This document shows positions 21,247-31,997 of a DNA stretch of 36,322 nt, piece after piece. Numbering within the stretch: the stretch's first letter is position 1; every line of letters begins with the position of its first letter. The translations under genes were made by a program, and so were the position numbers. A model generated the notes under the pieces. That model was not told the DNA's origin. It saw only the letters and a program-made list of their open reading frames with translations, and ran no database searches. This DNA is from Nemertoderma westbladi (taxonomy: Eukaryota; Animalia; Xenacoelomorpha): the NCBI GenBank assembly GCA_032718475.1, contig JAUCBJ010006064.1, positions 1 to 36,322 on the forward strand, given 5' to 3'.

Positions 21247-21997
21247 TAGGAATATTATTTAGCCCGGGTGGCATTTTATCCTTAGTACAGTACAGTAAAT
21301 CATGCCTCAGGAAAATGACTCATTACGATACCGGTCTGCCGGTAGCCTCTTCCAATCGGCCAACTGGCAGACAGTTAGGAACACTACCTACTCTGCAATT
21401 ATATTTCCGGACATATTTTGACTGTAACTCCATATTTGTCAGTTTGTCCTCAAAGCAGACAGGCAGAAGCTGGGCACATAATGTGACCATTTTTTATATA
21501 TGTAGGCCTATAGGCCTAATATTAATGATATTTACAATTTACGGTATCCCAACGATGAGATTCTAATTCTCAAATTAATTTATACAGAATTTTATATCGA
21601 TTCGAATGGCATAATTTTTAGAATGCCAATCTGCCAATGTTAAAATTTCACTGCCGGTTTTCAAATGAAATTTAGCATTGTTTTCTATGGAGAAATTTCA
21701 CTCTGAGAGCGTTTTCTGGTTTTCCGCGGGCACATTCTGACTGTAAATTGGAGAAATTGTGACCAGATTTCCTGACTGAATTACAATTACAAATTCCAGT
21801 ATGGTAGGCCTAATACTGTAATAGGCTCATTCCTGTTTGGGGGTAGGGTGCATTTATATAGTCAGATGCCGTCCGATCCGATCCGGTCCGATGCATTTCG
21901 GCAATTATTGTAGCTACAAGCCCTTATGGAATACTGACAAAAAGCACGCCTCACGCGTTCTGGCAGTCTGGTTAAACGAAAATCGCGCCAGCCATGC

Positions 21998-22206
21998 AGC
22001 CATGATATCCAATGCGCGCCAAGCCAACAATTGACTATGAAATTTTGCAGTAATTTCTGAATTGTAATAATTTATCAGTTTATAATGGCCAGCCATGATA
22101 TCCAATGTGCAATGCGCAGATGCGCGCCAAGCTGCCAAGCAGCCAAGCCAACAATTGACTATGAAATTTTGCAGTAATTGCTGAATTGTAATAATTTATC
22201 AGTTTA
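21998..22206 (+). repeat. Imperfect tandem duplication (~85-120 bp)
   Basis: AGCCATGATATCCAATG...GCCAAGCCAACAATTGACTATGAAATTTTGCAGTAATT.CTGAATTGTAATAATTTATCAGTTTA occurs twice. Confidence 0.9.
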
Positions 22207-22939
22207 CTGTGTAGCCCTAGGCCCTACAGTATTTTAACATTAAAATGCGAGCGTAGCGAGCAAGGAAATTTTCCAATTGTTAACATAAATACATCTGACC
22301 GTAATAGTCAGATAGCAGGATAGTAGGCCTACTGTACCGGTACTGCTGTAGTAGTAGTAGTAGGTCAACGTCAACTGACTGTTTTTAAATGTAGATGTGA
22401 TCAAGATGCGAGCATAGCGAACTACTGCGAACACGAAAATTTTAACATTTCAGCCTGTCAGCATTTAAAGTAGGCAAACCGACTCTTTTCAAATACAGGT
22501 GTCATTAAATTGTGAGCTGGCGAGCACGGAAATTCTGCTGAATCATGCAGGCTGTCATGGTTTTATTGTTTTGAAGAATCTGACAATTGAAAAACTTTTG
22601 AAACAAGTCATGTTTTTAATGCATAATGGTCATGCTCAATCTGTCCGTTTCCATTTGTCCACAGCCAGACAGTGCTAAGAGTAGGCTTAGGTCTACAGTA
22701 TAAACAGATAAACGCGAGGGAAGCGAGCGGACATTTTTCAATCTTTTTAAACCTATGGAATAATTTCAAATAGAGCTGTAGAGTGCACTGGTAGAGTGGG
22801 ATATGTTGCCAGTGCAGCAGTGCACTGCTACGCTACATCCTACTTTCCTACCGTACCCTAGTAACCCTACTGCCCTACATCCATATTCGCGCCAGGTGCC
22901 AGGACCGCCAGGATCCTCAACCTCAATGCGTGCCACACG

Positions 22940-23612
22940 GTTGTAACTTTATTCTGAAAACCTAGGCCTACATCAGTGTCAGTACATTGTAACTTTATTC
23001 CAGTATTCTGAAAACCTAGGCCTACATTCAGACATTGTAACTTTATTTATTTTTATTTATTTATTTCACAATTAATATTAAAATTTTAACAGATTAAAAT
23101 ATTAAAATTAAATTGAGAAAATCACCAAGGTTCCCTTCCGGGAGCACTAATAGGTAACCTAGCATCGGATCGGAATACTCATTTCGAAACACCTAGCCTA
23201 GCTGCCTACTGGCCTAGGCGCTAGGCCTACATTGTAACTTTAATCTGAAAACCTAGCACCTACTGACCTAGGCTGCTAGGCCTACATTGCACATTATAAC
23301 TTTATTCTGAAAACCTAGGCCTACATCAGTACATTGTAACTTTATTCTGAACACCTACTGACCTAGGCCTAAGTTTAAATTTTATTCTGAAAACCTGCGC
23401 TAGGCCTACATTGTAACTTTATTCTGAAAACTTAGGCCTAGATTGTAACTTTATTCTGAACACCTAGCATCAGCATGCCTTGGCCTACATTCTGACATTG
23501 TCAGATTGTAACTTTATTCTGAAAACTTAGGCCTACACCCTACATTGTAACTTCATTCTGAAAACCTAGGCCTACATTGTAACTTTAATCTGAAAACCTA
23601 GGCCTACATCGT
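22940..23612 (+). repeat. ~32-bp satellite (CATTGTAACTTTATTCTGAAAACCTAGGCCTA), left block
   Basis: Roughly a dozen or more variably spaced copies; the array resumes at 25241. Confidence 0.92.
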
Positions 23613-23789
23613 CAGCTCTCGGGGCAAATACCACACCCTGGTTTGCTATTCCACAGGGTGGGTGTCGCAGTGGAGTCAGATATGAGGCCCATCACCCATA
23701 TCTATTCTGGCGCACATGACAGCATGACCCGCCATTGGCTGTGCAGCTCATCTGCTGGGTCATGCATGCCCTGTACCCCTGCTGCCAGG

Positions 23790-24928
23790 GGGTCCGATGA
23801 ATTTGTACAAAGAAGTACAAAAAAATACAAAATAGTACAATATAGTACAAAAGAATACAATAAAGTGCAAAAATAGTACAAAAGAGTGCAAAAATAGTAC
23901 AAAAGAGTACAAACGAGTGAGAAACGCTTGTAAAACGTGTATCCAAGTGTAGTTCAAATCGTTTAGAGGGGCGCACATGATGTGCAAAATAAAACAAAGC
24001 ATTGTCTGATTGTGGGGCGAGCCATGCATTGAGCGGGGGCTGATCTAGCTGTCTAGCAGTCGGAGAGTATTACAATACAATCTTATGAGTTTTAATGCAG
24101 CTTTTTGTGTTCAAAAAACGGTCCCAACTGCCCAAGCCCGCAAAATTGCAGAGGGAGAACTCAATAAAGTTGCAGATAGAGGCGTACATACAGACATACA
24201 TTATACATAGCCTACAACTGACGAGGTATGAGTCGGAGAGTATTACAATACAATCTTATGAGTTTTAATGCAGCTTTTTGTGTTCAAAAAACTGTCCCAA
24301 CTGCCCAAGCCCGCAAAATTGCAGAGGGAGAACTCAATAAAGTTGCAGATAGAGGCGTACATACAGACATACATTATACATAGCCTACAACTAACATACA
24401 TACCGACCGAGCATACAGTCTACTGGCAGACTGGTCTATCAGTCTTTCCTTCAGTATATGGGCTACTTTAAGACTGACCTAAATTTTGAGTCTCAGTTAT
24501 AGGAGTTTTATCTACCCACTGCATAGTAGGCCTATGTAGAGCCTATTGCATTATATTGTATTGTACGAACTGTAGCCTATTTCTACTTGTTTGCCAGTCA
24601 AAATCTACATGAATCAAAGTTCTGTCAATCATTTCATACTGACCACAGAACCAAGGCCGCTAGTGATTGACACTGTAGCGGCGCATATTTCGGTGCCGTT
24701 GCATTTGCTTACAATTAATTATATTTGTATACAAGTGTAGTGTTGTGTATACTACTGTACTACACTGGTATACACGTTTGACGTTTTGTATGAGTTTCTC
24801 GCTCGTTTGTACTCTTTTGTTCTATTTTTGCACTCTTTTGTACTATTTTTGCACTTTATTGTACTCTTTTGTACTATATTGTACTATTTTGTATTTTTTT
24901 GTACTTTTTTGTACAGATTCGTCGGACC
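23790..24928. mobile_element. Non-autonomous Mutator/Foldback-like element with ~160-bp TIRs and 9-bp TSD
   Basis: TIRs ~23790-23952 and ~24760-24928 (GGTCCGA.GAAT.TGTACAAA... built of ~10-bp AGTACAAAA subrepeats). TSD GCTGCCAGG at 23781-23789 and 24929-24937. Confidence 0.9.
24058..24392 (+). repeat. Near-identical direct duplication (~162 bp, 173-bp period) inside the TIR element
   Basis: AGTCGGAGAGTATTACAATAC...CATAGCCTACAACT at 24058-24219 and 24231-24392. Confidence 0.95.
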
Positions 24929-25240
24929 GCTGCCAGGTGCAGGTCGCAGTGAAGTGCACTTAGAGTGGACATGAGAACACTCTACTCCTGACCGACCAGC
25001 CATTGGTAGATCACCATCTGCCTGGCCCGTTGGCCAAGCCATATACCCCTGCAGCCAAGTATATGGGTCCTTAATCCAGGACCAAGGGCGTCCTTATCCC
25101 AGAACGAAGGGGGTCCTAGTTACAGGACCAGATTTGCCCTAGTAAGAGGGTCTATGCAGCTACAGGTGGCACCTCCTTTATGCTGCATGGAGGTGGCAAG
25201 TTTTCTTGATCAATGACCTAGAATACCTGACCTGACCGGT

Positions 25241-25380
25241 CTACATCGTAACTTTATTCTGAAAACCTTGACCTACTGCCTACATTGTAACTTTATTCTG
25301 CAAACCTAGGCCTTCAGCAGTTCAGCGCTCGCTACATTGTACTATGTAACTGTAATTCTGAAACCCGCATTGCAACTTTA
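25241..25380 (+). repeat. ~32-bp satellite, right block
   Basis: Same GTAACTTTATTCTGAAAACC unit, degenerating about 55 bp before the DOP1 ATG. Confidence 0.85.
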
Positions 25381-25434
25381 AAACTGAAGTAATTGAACAT
25401 TAAAACGTTAAATAGGATACTGGGATATTTCAAT

Positions 25435-28400
25435 ATGGAAAGTGTTCTAAGTGATGAAGACGTTGACCTTCAGAAGGAGAGTAAATTCCGTTCCTTTACG
25501 AGCAACGTCGAAAAAGTGTTGAGGAATTTCGAAGGCAGCAGTGAATGGGCTGACCTTATTTCAGCTATCGGCAAACTCAATAAGATATTAACAAACCCGA
25601 CATACAGCAAATACCATGTTATTCCAAAACGAATTGTTGTTGCAAAACGACTTGCGCAATGCATGCATCCCGCATTGCCTGGAGGCGTCCATCTTAAAGC
25701 TCTAGAATGTTACAGCACTATATTTCAGATGATACAATCCGACAGGTTGCGTAAGGATTTATTGCTTTGGTCCTCCGGCCTATTCCCTTTGTTACATCAT
25801 GCGGCAATTAGTGTGAAACCGATGCTGCTCATAATATACGAGGAATATTATCTGCCGCTCGGAAAAAATTTACAACCAGCATTGGAGGGATTCCTAAATG
25901 GGTTGCTTCCTGGATTGGAAGAGGGTTCCGAGTATTACGACAGAGTTAACGCTCTTCTTGAGAACATCTGCCAATGCGTTACTCCTGAAGTATTTTATTC
26001 TTCCTTGTGGGAATGCGTTCTCACATTCCCAGAAGTTCGCTTCGCAGCACTCTCATTCTTTTTATTCCACTGCAGACGGGATATTTGCATGGACGATCAA
26101 CTTTTCCTCCTGGGGAATAACTTAGAGAACATGGTCTCAGCAATTTGTTGCGGATTAGAGGACTCTAATATATTAGTTCAGCGTTCCTCTTTGGATATAT
26201 TAATAGCTTGTTTTTCGTTTGAGAAATGCGTTCTAACTTTCTCAGATATGTCAAGAATTTGCGCGAAGGCTGTTTTGGTTCTTCTACGCAGGGAGATGTC
26301 ATTAAATCGACGGCTCTACTCCTGGCTTCTCGGGTCCGATACATCGGCCACTATCGGCCCTTCAGTGGCCGAGGTCGACATTAATAACCCCCATGTAAAA
26401 TACTTAGAGAAACACTCTAAATACGTATTGATATCCGCTCTTCAACAACTTATGGATAATTCTGTGGCGTTTTCAGCTACTGCACCGGCCACTGAAGGGC
26501 TATTAAAATCCACAATATTGAAACCTTATAGAATAATGATAACTTTACTTGATAAACCGGAAATAGGTTCTCGGATTATTGATGACATTCTTATGAAAGT
26601 TATTTGTTGTTTATATAAACAGTGCCACTCCATTGTTGATTCTAATGTTAATGAAAGTGATAAAACTAAAGAATTAAATATAATGAAACGTATTAAATAT
26701 TCCAAAGTCGCTTCAGATTGTGTAAAACAAGCAAATCTATTGTTTTCTTCCTTCGAAGCTTCGTATTTATGGGATTATCTGTGTGGCGTGTTTAGGGGCA
26801 GTTGTTCTCGCGAGATAGACGCCGAATCGTGTGTGGAAGTCTGCAAACACATAGATTTCCTTCTCGACGTTATCTCCGTTGAGATTTACAAGCAAACTCA
26901 AACGGAGTACCTCCCTAATCTACTGCAGAGTATAAACCAAACCTTAGCAGCTAATATACAAACAATTCCGCTGAAAGATTTAGCCGAATCTTTGAAAATT
27001 TGCGGTAAGATTTTATCTCGGATCGAACCAGCGACTGGCGAGTTGAAGGAATCCTGTCCCGATATAAACCGAGCTGGCGGCGTCACTGTCGTTGAATCTT
27101 GCGTACAAACATTCCACGTCTTCCTTGGGAAATTCTTAACCCTAAGAGTTCTTCCCTCTCCAAACGTAATCGGGCCTTTTTTTAAAAAGCTAATTTTACC
27201 CTGTAATAAAATCCAACGCAATGCAATATTCTCTAAGCAACGCCTCAATATATCCGAGAGATTAGTCTCATATTATTATCACGCTTCCGAGTTAGCGAGT
27301 ATTTCTATTGAACAAACTGAGAGACATGAACTCTCCGAGTGTTTTAAACTCTCAACATCTCTCCTTCTAGAACTATCTTGTTTCCCAACTTTTGTTTCTT
27401 CCCCGCCTCCAGAATTTTATGCCGGCGAAGACTCTGAAATCAGTTACGATATCGATTTACCCGAGTGGCTGGAATCCTTACTGGTTTGCAGCTGTTTCGT
27501 TTCCGACTTCTTCATCCAAACGTTAGCTATTTCTACTCTGTTAGATTTAATCGCCCTGACCCGCCAGATTATCTCAGACGGCGCGAACAGCGCTTGCCAC
27601 GCCTCTAAAATGGGTTCCGTCTCGGTGGTTATTGCCCCAAGTTTACTCCCCAAACATCTGTTCTTCCTCACCGGGCACACTACACTGTACCAGGATATCG
27701 CTAGTATCCTATGGAATTACTTATCCGCCAATACGCCGTCGTTTCATCAGAAGACGGTGGAATTATTCCACCAACTGCAGCAGGAATCCCCGCGAACCTG
27801 CGACGATGTAATCGGGATCGCCTTGGTCCACAGCGACACCCGGATCGCGATAGAAGCACAGCGTAAGTTCTCGCTGATTTGGCACATTTCTAGGAATTAC
27901 TCGACAACTTACAGCCTCTTGGATCGGCCGCTTTTCATTATGATTGACTGTTTGAGCTGCTCTAATTGCCAGAAATCCAACATCGCTATGCAATGGCTGA
28001 TCCACGCGATAAAGCGGGGCGATTTGAGTCGAATCTTAGAGCCAATATTACTGACGCTGCTTCATCCGTCAACCGCTAGACTTTCATACAACCATTGGAA
28101 TTCCGCAACGATCCGCGATACGGATAACGCCACCATATCCGTTTATTCTAAAACCGATAAAGTTGTCGCTAATAGCGGCAGTAGCAGCGCTTCCCAGAGC
28201 AACGCGTTGAGTTTAAAAGAACTGCATTTCCGCGAAGTCGATGGGGGTAGTGACACCGAGGTCAGTCTCTCTGGGTCCAGTGATGCCGACGACACGCCAG
28301 CACAGCCTCCCGTAGGGGACAGTCGTCTCCTCAGCGACACTGAGATGCAGATGACGATGGATTCGGATTACTATGAGAAGGCTAAGCAAGAAATCGGCCT

Positions 28401-29295
28401 AACCATCTTCAGCCAACAACATTTGGACATCCTTAAAAAGGTTTACAATGAAGAGAGTTTACAAGCTGCTCTATCGGTATTAGAAGGTGTTTTTCTCCAT
28501 GTTGTTGATGATGTTTCCAATGAAGTCAGCAATGAGAATGTACTGAATGATGATGATGATTCCGCTTTCGAAAAAAGTATAACAACGTCGTTTTCTCCAA
28601 TTCCCGAACCAATGAAATTTCGTGAAACTTTGAGACAACTTTCTATAGATAACACGGATCCCCATTGTCTTTACTACGTGGACACATACGATACTGAACG
28701 CATCCTTCATGCCTTTAGCCTCATTGAGAATATATTAAACGCCGCACCTGTACCTTTCATTAACTCAACTTCCTCAACTAATATACTGTCGACTAACCAA
28801 CTCCAAGAATTACTCTCCCGACATAAATCCTCGATTATGTTCAATCGCTTCTATGGCGCGGTCACCCAGGAGGTCCTGTCCGAATTCCGTAATGTCATGT
28901 ACCTCGAGGTTCTCATCTCGATCTGCTTGTATTTCATCCAGAGCACTTACCAGAACCCAGAAGATGTTAACAACGTGATGGTGCAAGTTGCGGCCGCGAG
29001 ACTCTTAGAGAAAACAACGCGATCGATAATAGACCTAATCGTGGATGGCGGATTCTCTTTATTTATCTACGATATTCTGCAAAGATGTCGAGTATCTAAT
29101 GTCATCCTTCTTTGTTTGGCCTCGTCTGTTAAGAAACCCCTTCAGAGCGATCTCCTCCAAGTCCAACTGCTGAATCTCACTTTCACTCTCGTTAAACTAG
29201 AAGATCGGCTTTACCTTCAACACGAATCGAAATTCAGCGATTCGGATTGGGAGAAACTGACAACTTTCTGGGATGAGTTCCTCCCTGAAACATAA
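25435..29295 (+). CDS. DOP1: Protein dopey (DOP1), N-terminal part of the large coding exon, up to the frameshift
   Basis: Dopey_N motifs FEGSSEWADLISAIGKLNK, KRLAQCMHPALPGGVHLKALECY, LLRREMSLNRRLYSWLLG and GDLSRILEPILLTLLHPST. First in-frame ATG at 25435. Confidence 0.95.
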   Translation: MESVLSDEDVDLQKESKFRSFTSNVEKVLRNFEGSSEWADLISAIGKLNKILTNPTYSKYHVIPKRIVVAKRLAQCMHPALPGGVHLKALECYSTIFQMIQSDRLRKDLLLWSSGLFPLLHHAAISVKPMLLIIYEEYYLPLGKNLQPALEGFLNGLLPGLEEGSEYYDRVNALLENICQCVTPEVFYSSLWECVLTFPEVRFAALSFFLFHCRRDICMDDQLFLLGNNLENMVSAICCGLEDSNILVQRSSLDILIACFSFEKCVLTFSDMSRICAKAVLVLLRREMSLNRRLYSWLLGSDTSATIGPSVAEVDINNPHVKYLEKHSKYVLISALQQLMDNSVAFSATAPATEGLLKSTILKPYRIMITLLDKPEIGSRIIDDILMKVICCLYKQCHSIVDSNVNESDKTKELNIMKRIKYSKVASDCVKQANLLFSSFEASYLWDYLCGVFRGSCSREIDAESCVEVCKHIDFLLDVISVEIYKQTQTEYLPNLLQSINQTLAANIQTIPLKDLAESLKICGKILSRIEPATGELKESCPDINRAGGVTVVESCVQTFHVFLGKFLTLRVLPSPNVIGPFFKKLILPCNKIQRNAIFSKQRLNISERLVSYYYHASELASISIEQTERHELSECFKLSTSLLLELSCFPTFVSSPPPEFYAGEDSEISYDIDLPEWLESLLVCSCFVSDFFIQTLAISTLLDLIALTRQIISDGANSACHASKMGSVSVVIAPSLLPKHLFFLTGHTTLYQDIASILWNYLSANTPSFHQKTVELFHQLQQESPRTCDDVIGIALVHSDTRIAIEAQRKFSLIWHISRNYSTTYSLLDRPLFIMIDCLSCSNCQKSNIAMQWLIHAIKRGDLSRILEPILLTLLHPSTARLSYNHWNSATIRDTDNATISVYSKTDKVVANSGSSSASQSNALSLKELHFREVDGGSDTEVSLSGSSDADDTPAQPPVGDSRLLSDTEMQMTMDSDYYEKAKQEIGLTIFSQQHLDILKKVYNEESLQAALSVLEGVFLHVVDDVSNEVSNENVLNDDDDSAFEKSITTSFSPIPEPMKFRETLRQLSIDNTDPHCLYYVDTYDTERILHAFSLIENILNAAPVPFINSTSSTNILSTNQLQELLSRHKSSIMFNRFYGAVTQEVLSEFRNVMYLEVLISICLYFIQSTYQNPEDVNNVMVQVAAARLLEKTTRSIIDLIVDGGFSLFIYDILQRCRVSNVILLCLASSVKKPLQSDLLQVQLLNLTFTLVKLEDRLYLQHESKFSDSDWEKLTTFWDEFLPET

Positions 29296-30829
29296 CACGG
29301 AGGACCGACTCTCCAATCAGTCGCTCTTCCTCGCGACTATCTTAGCGGCATTGCGCACCGATTCCATAAGTTACCTGCATAACCAGTGGATTAACTCGGT
29401 GCTGTCCTCACTACCCTATTTGGATTACGCCTTGAAGGATATAACAGTGGCGTTGAGCAACCAGTTGTGTCGGAACATCGAGATATTCTCAGGGTATTAC
29501 GATAAAGCGACCCTCGGTGTAGATGATGTAAGCTTAGCCCCTCCGGACAGCGTGTTGATCCTGTTAGAAGCTTTGATGTCTTTGTGTCAGTACTGCCTCG
29601 TAGAATGCGCTCGTTTAAACCCGGTTGCTACACAGAACGCGCCGATTTCTAAGGAAGGCGGTGGATTCTCAGTGTTGCGACTTTTTGGCGGAGATTCTCA
29701 GAAAGCCATTCCGGATCCGGGGGGAATGATAATCTCCCAGCATCCGTTGTTGGACGCGCGGAAGGGGTTACTGAACATCCTTCCGCGGATTGTCTCGGCG
29801 CTTCTCGTCCTCTGGATCTCGGTTCACTCGGCCTGCGTCGGTGTCTCTATCAACCCCATGTGGATCCTCGGATCCGCTAAAGATATCCGCCAACGGATCC
29901 TCGATATAGTGAGCACCGTGGCGATCCACCATCCCACTAGTCTCCTGGCCGCGGTCGCTTTAGTCTGGGGCGACCGCGGTCAGTACAAGTCGGCCTGGGC
30001 CCTGTCGCCCCCTAACGAGGAGCAGCGGCATCTCGTCGACGTCATGGAGTCCGTCAAGGCGCTGCCCCCAGACACTCTACTGCAGACGGTCCGACAGGTC
30101 ATCAAACAGCCGCCCGTCTCCCGACGTAAATCCAACATGATCCCGATCGAAGTGAATATGCTGCAGTTCACTCTCTCCTATCTGGAGTTGATGACTCCAA
30201 ATCAATTGAAATCCTCTTGGGATAACATCTCCGCGTTACTAAGAGACGGACATCTCACTCAAGGTCCCGTCGGCCACTTTATTTTGTTTGGGATTCTCAA
30301 TGATTATGTCCAACGAACTATAACTGATAAACGCGACCGCAAGGAGGAAGATAGTAAAGATAAGAAGGACTCTAAGGATGTGCAAGACGTTGCGACTAAG
30401 TTAGTTGAGGCGCTCACTAACGCAGCCTCAATGGGTCTCGAGCAGCCGACGTGGATGTCCAAACAGATGGTGGTGAAACGCGGTTACCAGACCCCGCTGA
30501 GTTCCCGTATGACGAGTCGCGATGTGGATAAGTACCGGAGGGGTTTCGAGGTGACCCGAGCCGTCGAGGCGCTGGTCACCATGGCCGAGTCGGTAGCCAG
30601 TCTGTTTGACGTCGTCTGGGGCGGCGACGAGAAGGACAAGTTCGTTCTCCCGATGATCACAAACATCCTCTACATCGCGCAGCCGTATCTGCGGACCCAC
30701 ACGTTGGAGAATGTCCCCAGTCTACAGGCCTCCAGCGCGCTCGTATCCAGTCTCAGTGGCTACCAGTATACCAGGAAGGCCTGGAGGAAAGATATATTCG
30801 ATATATTCATGGACCGGGGCTTCTTCCAG
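29261..30829 (+). CDS. DOP1: DOP1 continuation in the +1 frame to the intron donor
   Basis: QSLFLATILAAL..HNQWI..SSLPYL..QLCRNIE and SLSGYQYTRKAWRKDIFDIFMDRGFFQ; donor CAG|GTTAGT at 30830. Confidence 0.92.
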
Positions 30830-31997
30830 GTTAGTTGGTGTTCATATATTAGAATATATTAAATACAATATTATTGATTAAATAAAATTTATTCATAATT
30901 GTTAAGTCAGAGGCTTTTTTTTAATTCAAATTCCAAGTAAAATACAAAGTATGTACAACAGCAGTCTAGTATATACACTTCATTCATTCTATATACGGTA
31001 CTATAGAGTTGACATGGGTTTTATTAATCCCGGTGAACCAGAGACCTTCTAGTATACCGGTACCCATATTGACAAGGTTATAACAGAGATTGACGGGCCG
31101 GGCATATGCCGATTTTTATTTTGATTATATATTTATTTTGACAAACCCACAAGCTTAGCTACCAAAAAAATTTAGCCATGGAGGAAACTTTAATATATTT
31201 ATTTTGTAACTGGGGATATTATAATTGACATAAAACCCGCCTTGGTGAATCAACAATGTTGAATTTCAATACGTTGCCGTGGCAGTCTATTCTAACCAAA
31301 ACAATAAAGTAAAGCCTATAACAGGTGTTATAGTTTCATTTTTGCTCATAATCAGCTGTTATTTGCACCCGTTTTCACCTGGATATGGTTGAATTTTGAT
31401 TGCGTCTTAAATAATTTTTTTTATTTATATAAATGTAGCCACGACCGGAAATCCGTACCAAAGTTTTTATATCACTTTCAAAATAAAGTTCTATTTACAA
31501 GAGTTTGATAAACCTCTATCAATGACCATCAATCGGCCGAGCTGAACCATGTCTGATAGCTAGGTAAAAAGGTGAAAATTTCGTAATTGTTTTTAAAATG
31601 TTCTTATTTCATTGATATATTGATTTATAATAATTATATTTCCATTGCCGTGGTCGTTCACTTTCTGTGTTTCTACTTTTTTACTTACTTTGACTCTTCC
31701 TGTCATTTAAGGCAGTGACGTTTCTTAGTATAGAAGGTTAAAATGGAATATAACATTTACTATCCTTTTTTTTTAAAGATTATCAATTCAGTTTTTCCCT
31801 TTTTTTTTACCATATCCGATCCTTTTTGTCCTTTTTTTTCTGGAAAATATAAATTCCTTTTTTCCTCGATTTTTTTTTGGCTGGGAGGGCTGACTATATA
31901 TTTCCACTATACTATGTACTACATATAGTTCAGTTAATCCTAGTTTTTTTTATTCTCTGTTATTTATTTATTTACTGAATAACAAACAATATTCTAG
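30830..31997 (+). other. GT-AG intron of DOP1 (1168 bp, phase 0)
   Basis: GTTAGT...ATTCTAG; splicing gives FFQ|VDYTTLVNWHYVIDHLFTHDKTSLKEL in frame. Confidence 0.9.
31225..31405 (+). repeat. Interspersed repeat family A, copy 3 (internally deleted)
   Basis: AAAACCCGCCTTGG.GAAT...TATTCTAACCAAAACAATAAA matches copy 1. Confidence 0.75.

Larger units (their letters stand above)
23613..25240 (+). mobile_element. Insertion into the satellite flanked by CTACATCGT direct repeats; GC-rich, possibly a 5'-truncated LINE (RTE-like) remnant
   Basis: CTACATCGT at 23604-23612 and 25241-25249 (satellite consensus is CTACATTGT). 3' end has an ACCTGACCTGACC short-repeat tail. Faint coding traces (ESDMRPITHI). 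Itself interrupted at 23790-24928. Confidence 0.5.

Noticed and set aside
23643-24974. Hydrophobic F/L/Y/C-rich ORFs
   Set aside because: Translations of the 10-bp subrepeats in the TIRs.
25393-25434. ORF-track start for DOP1
   Set aside because: TTG start; the first ATG is at 25435.
29283-29288. CCC-TGA as an antizyme-type +1 frameshift site in DOP1
   Set aside because: It is in frame 3, not the translated frame 1.
29191-29320. Small intron rescuing the DOP1 frameshift
   Set aside because: GT 29277 to AG 29302 or 29320 gives the wrong phase. GT 29191 gives the right phase but has weak sites and removes the conserved-looking LVKLED segment.
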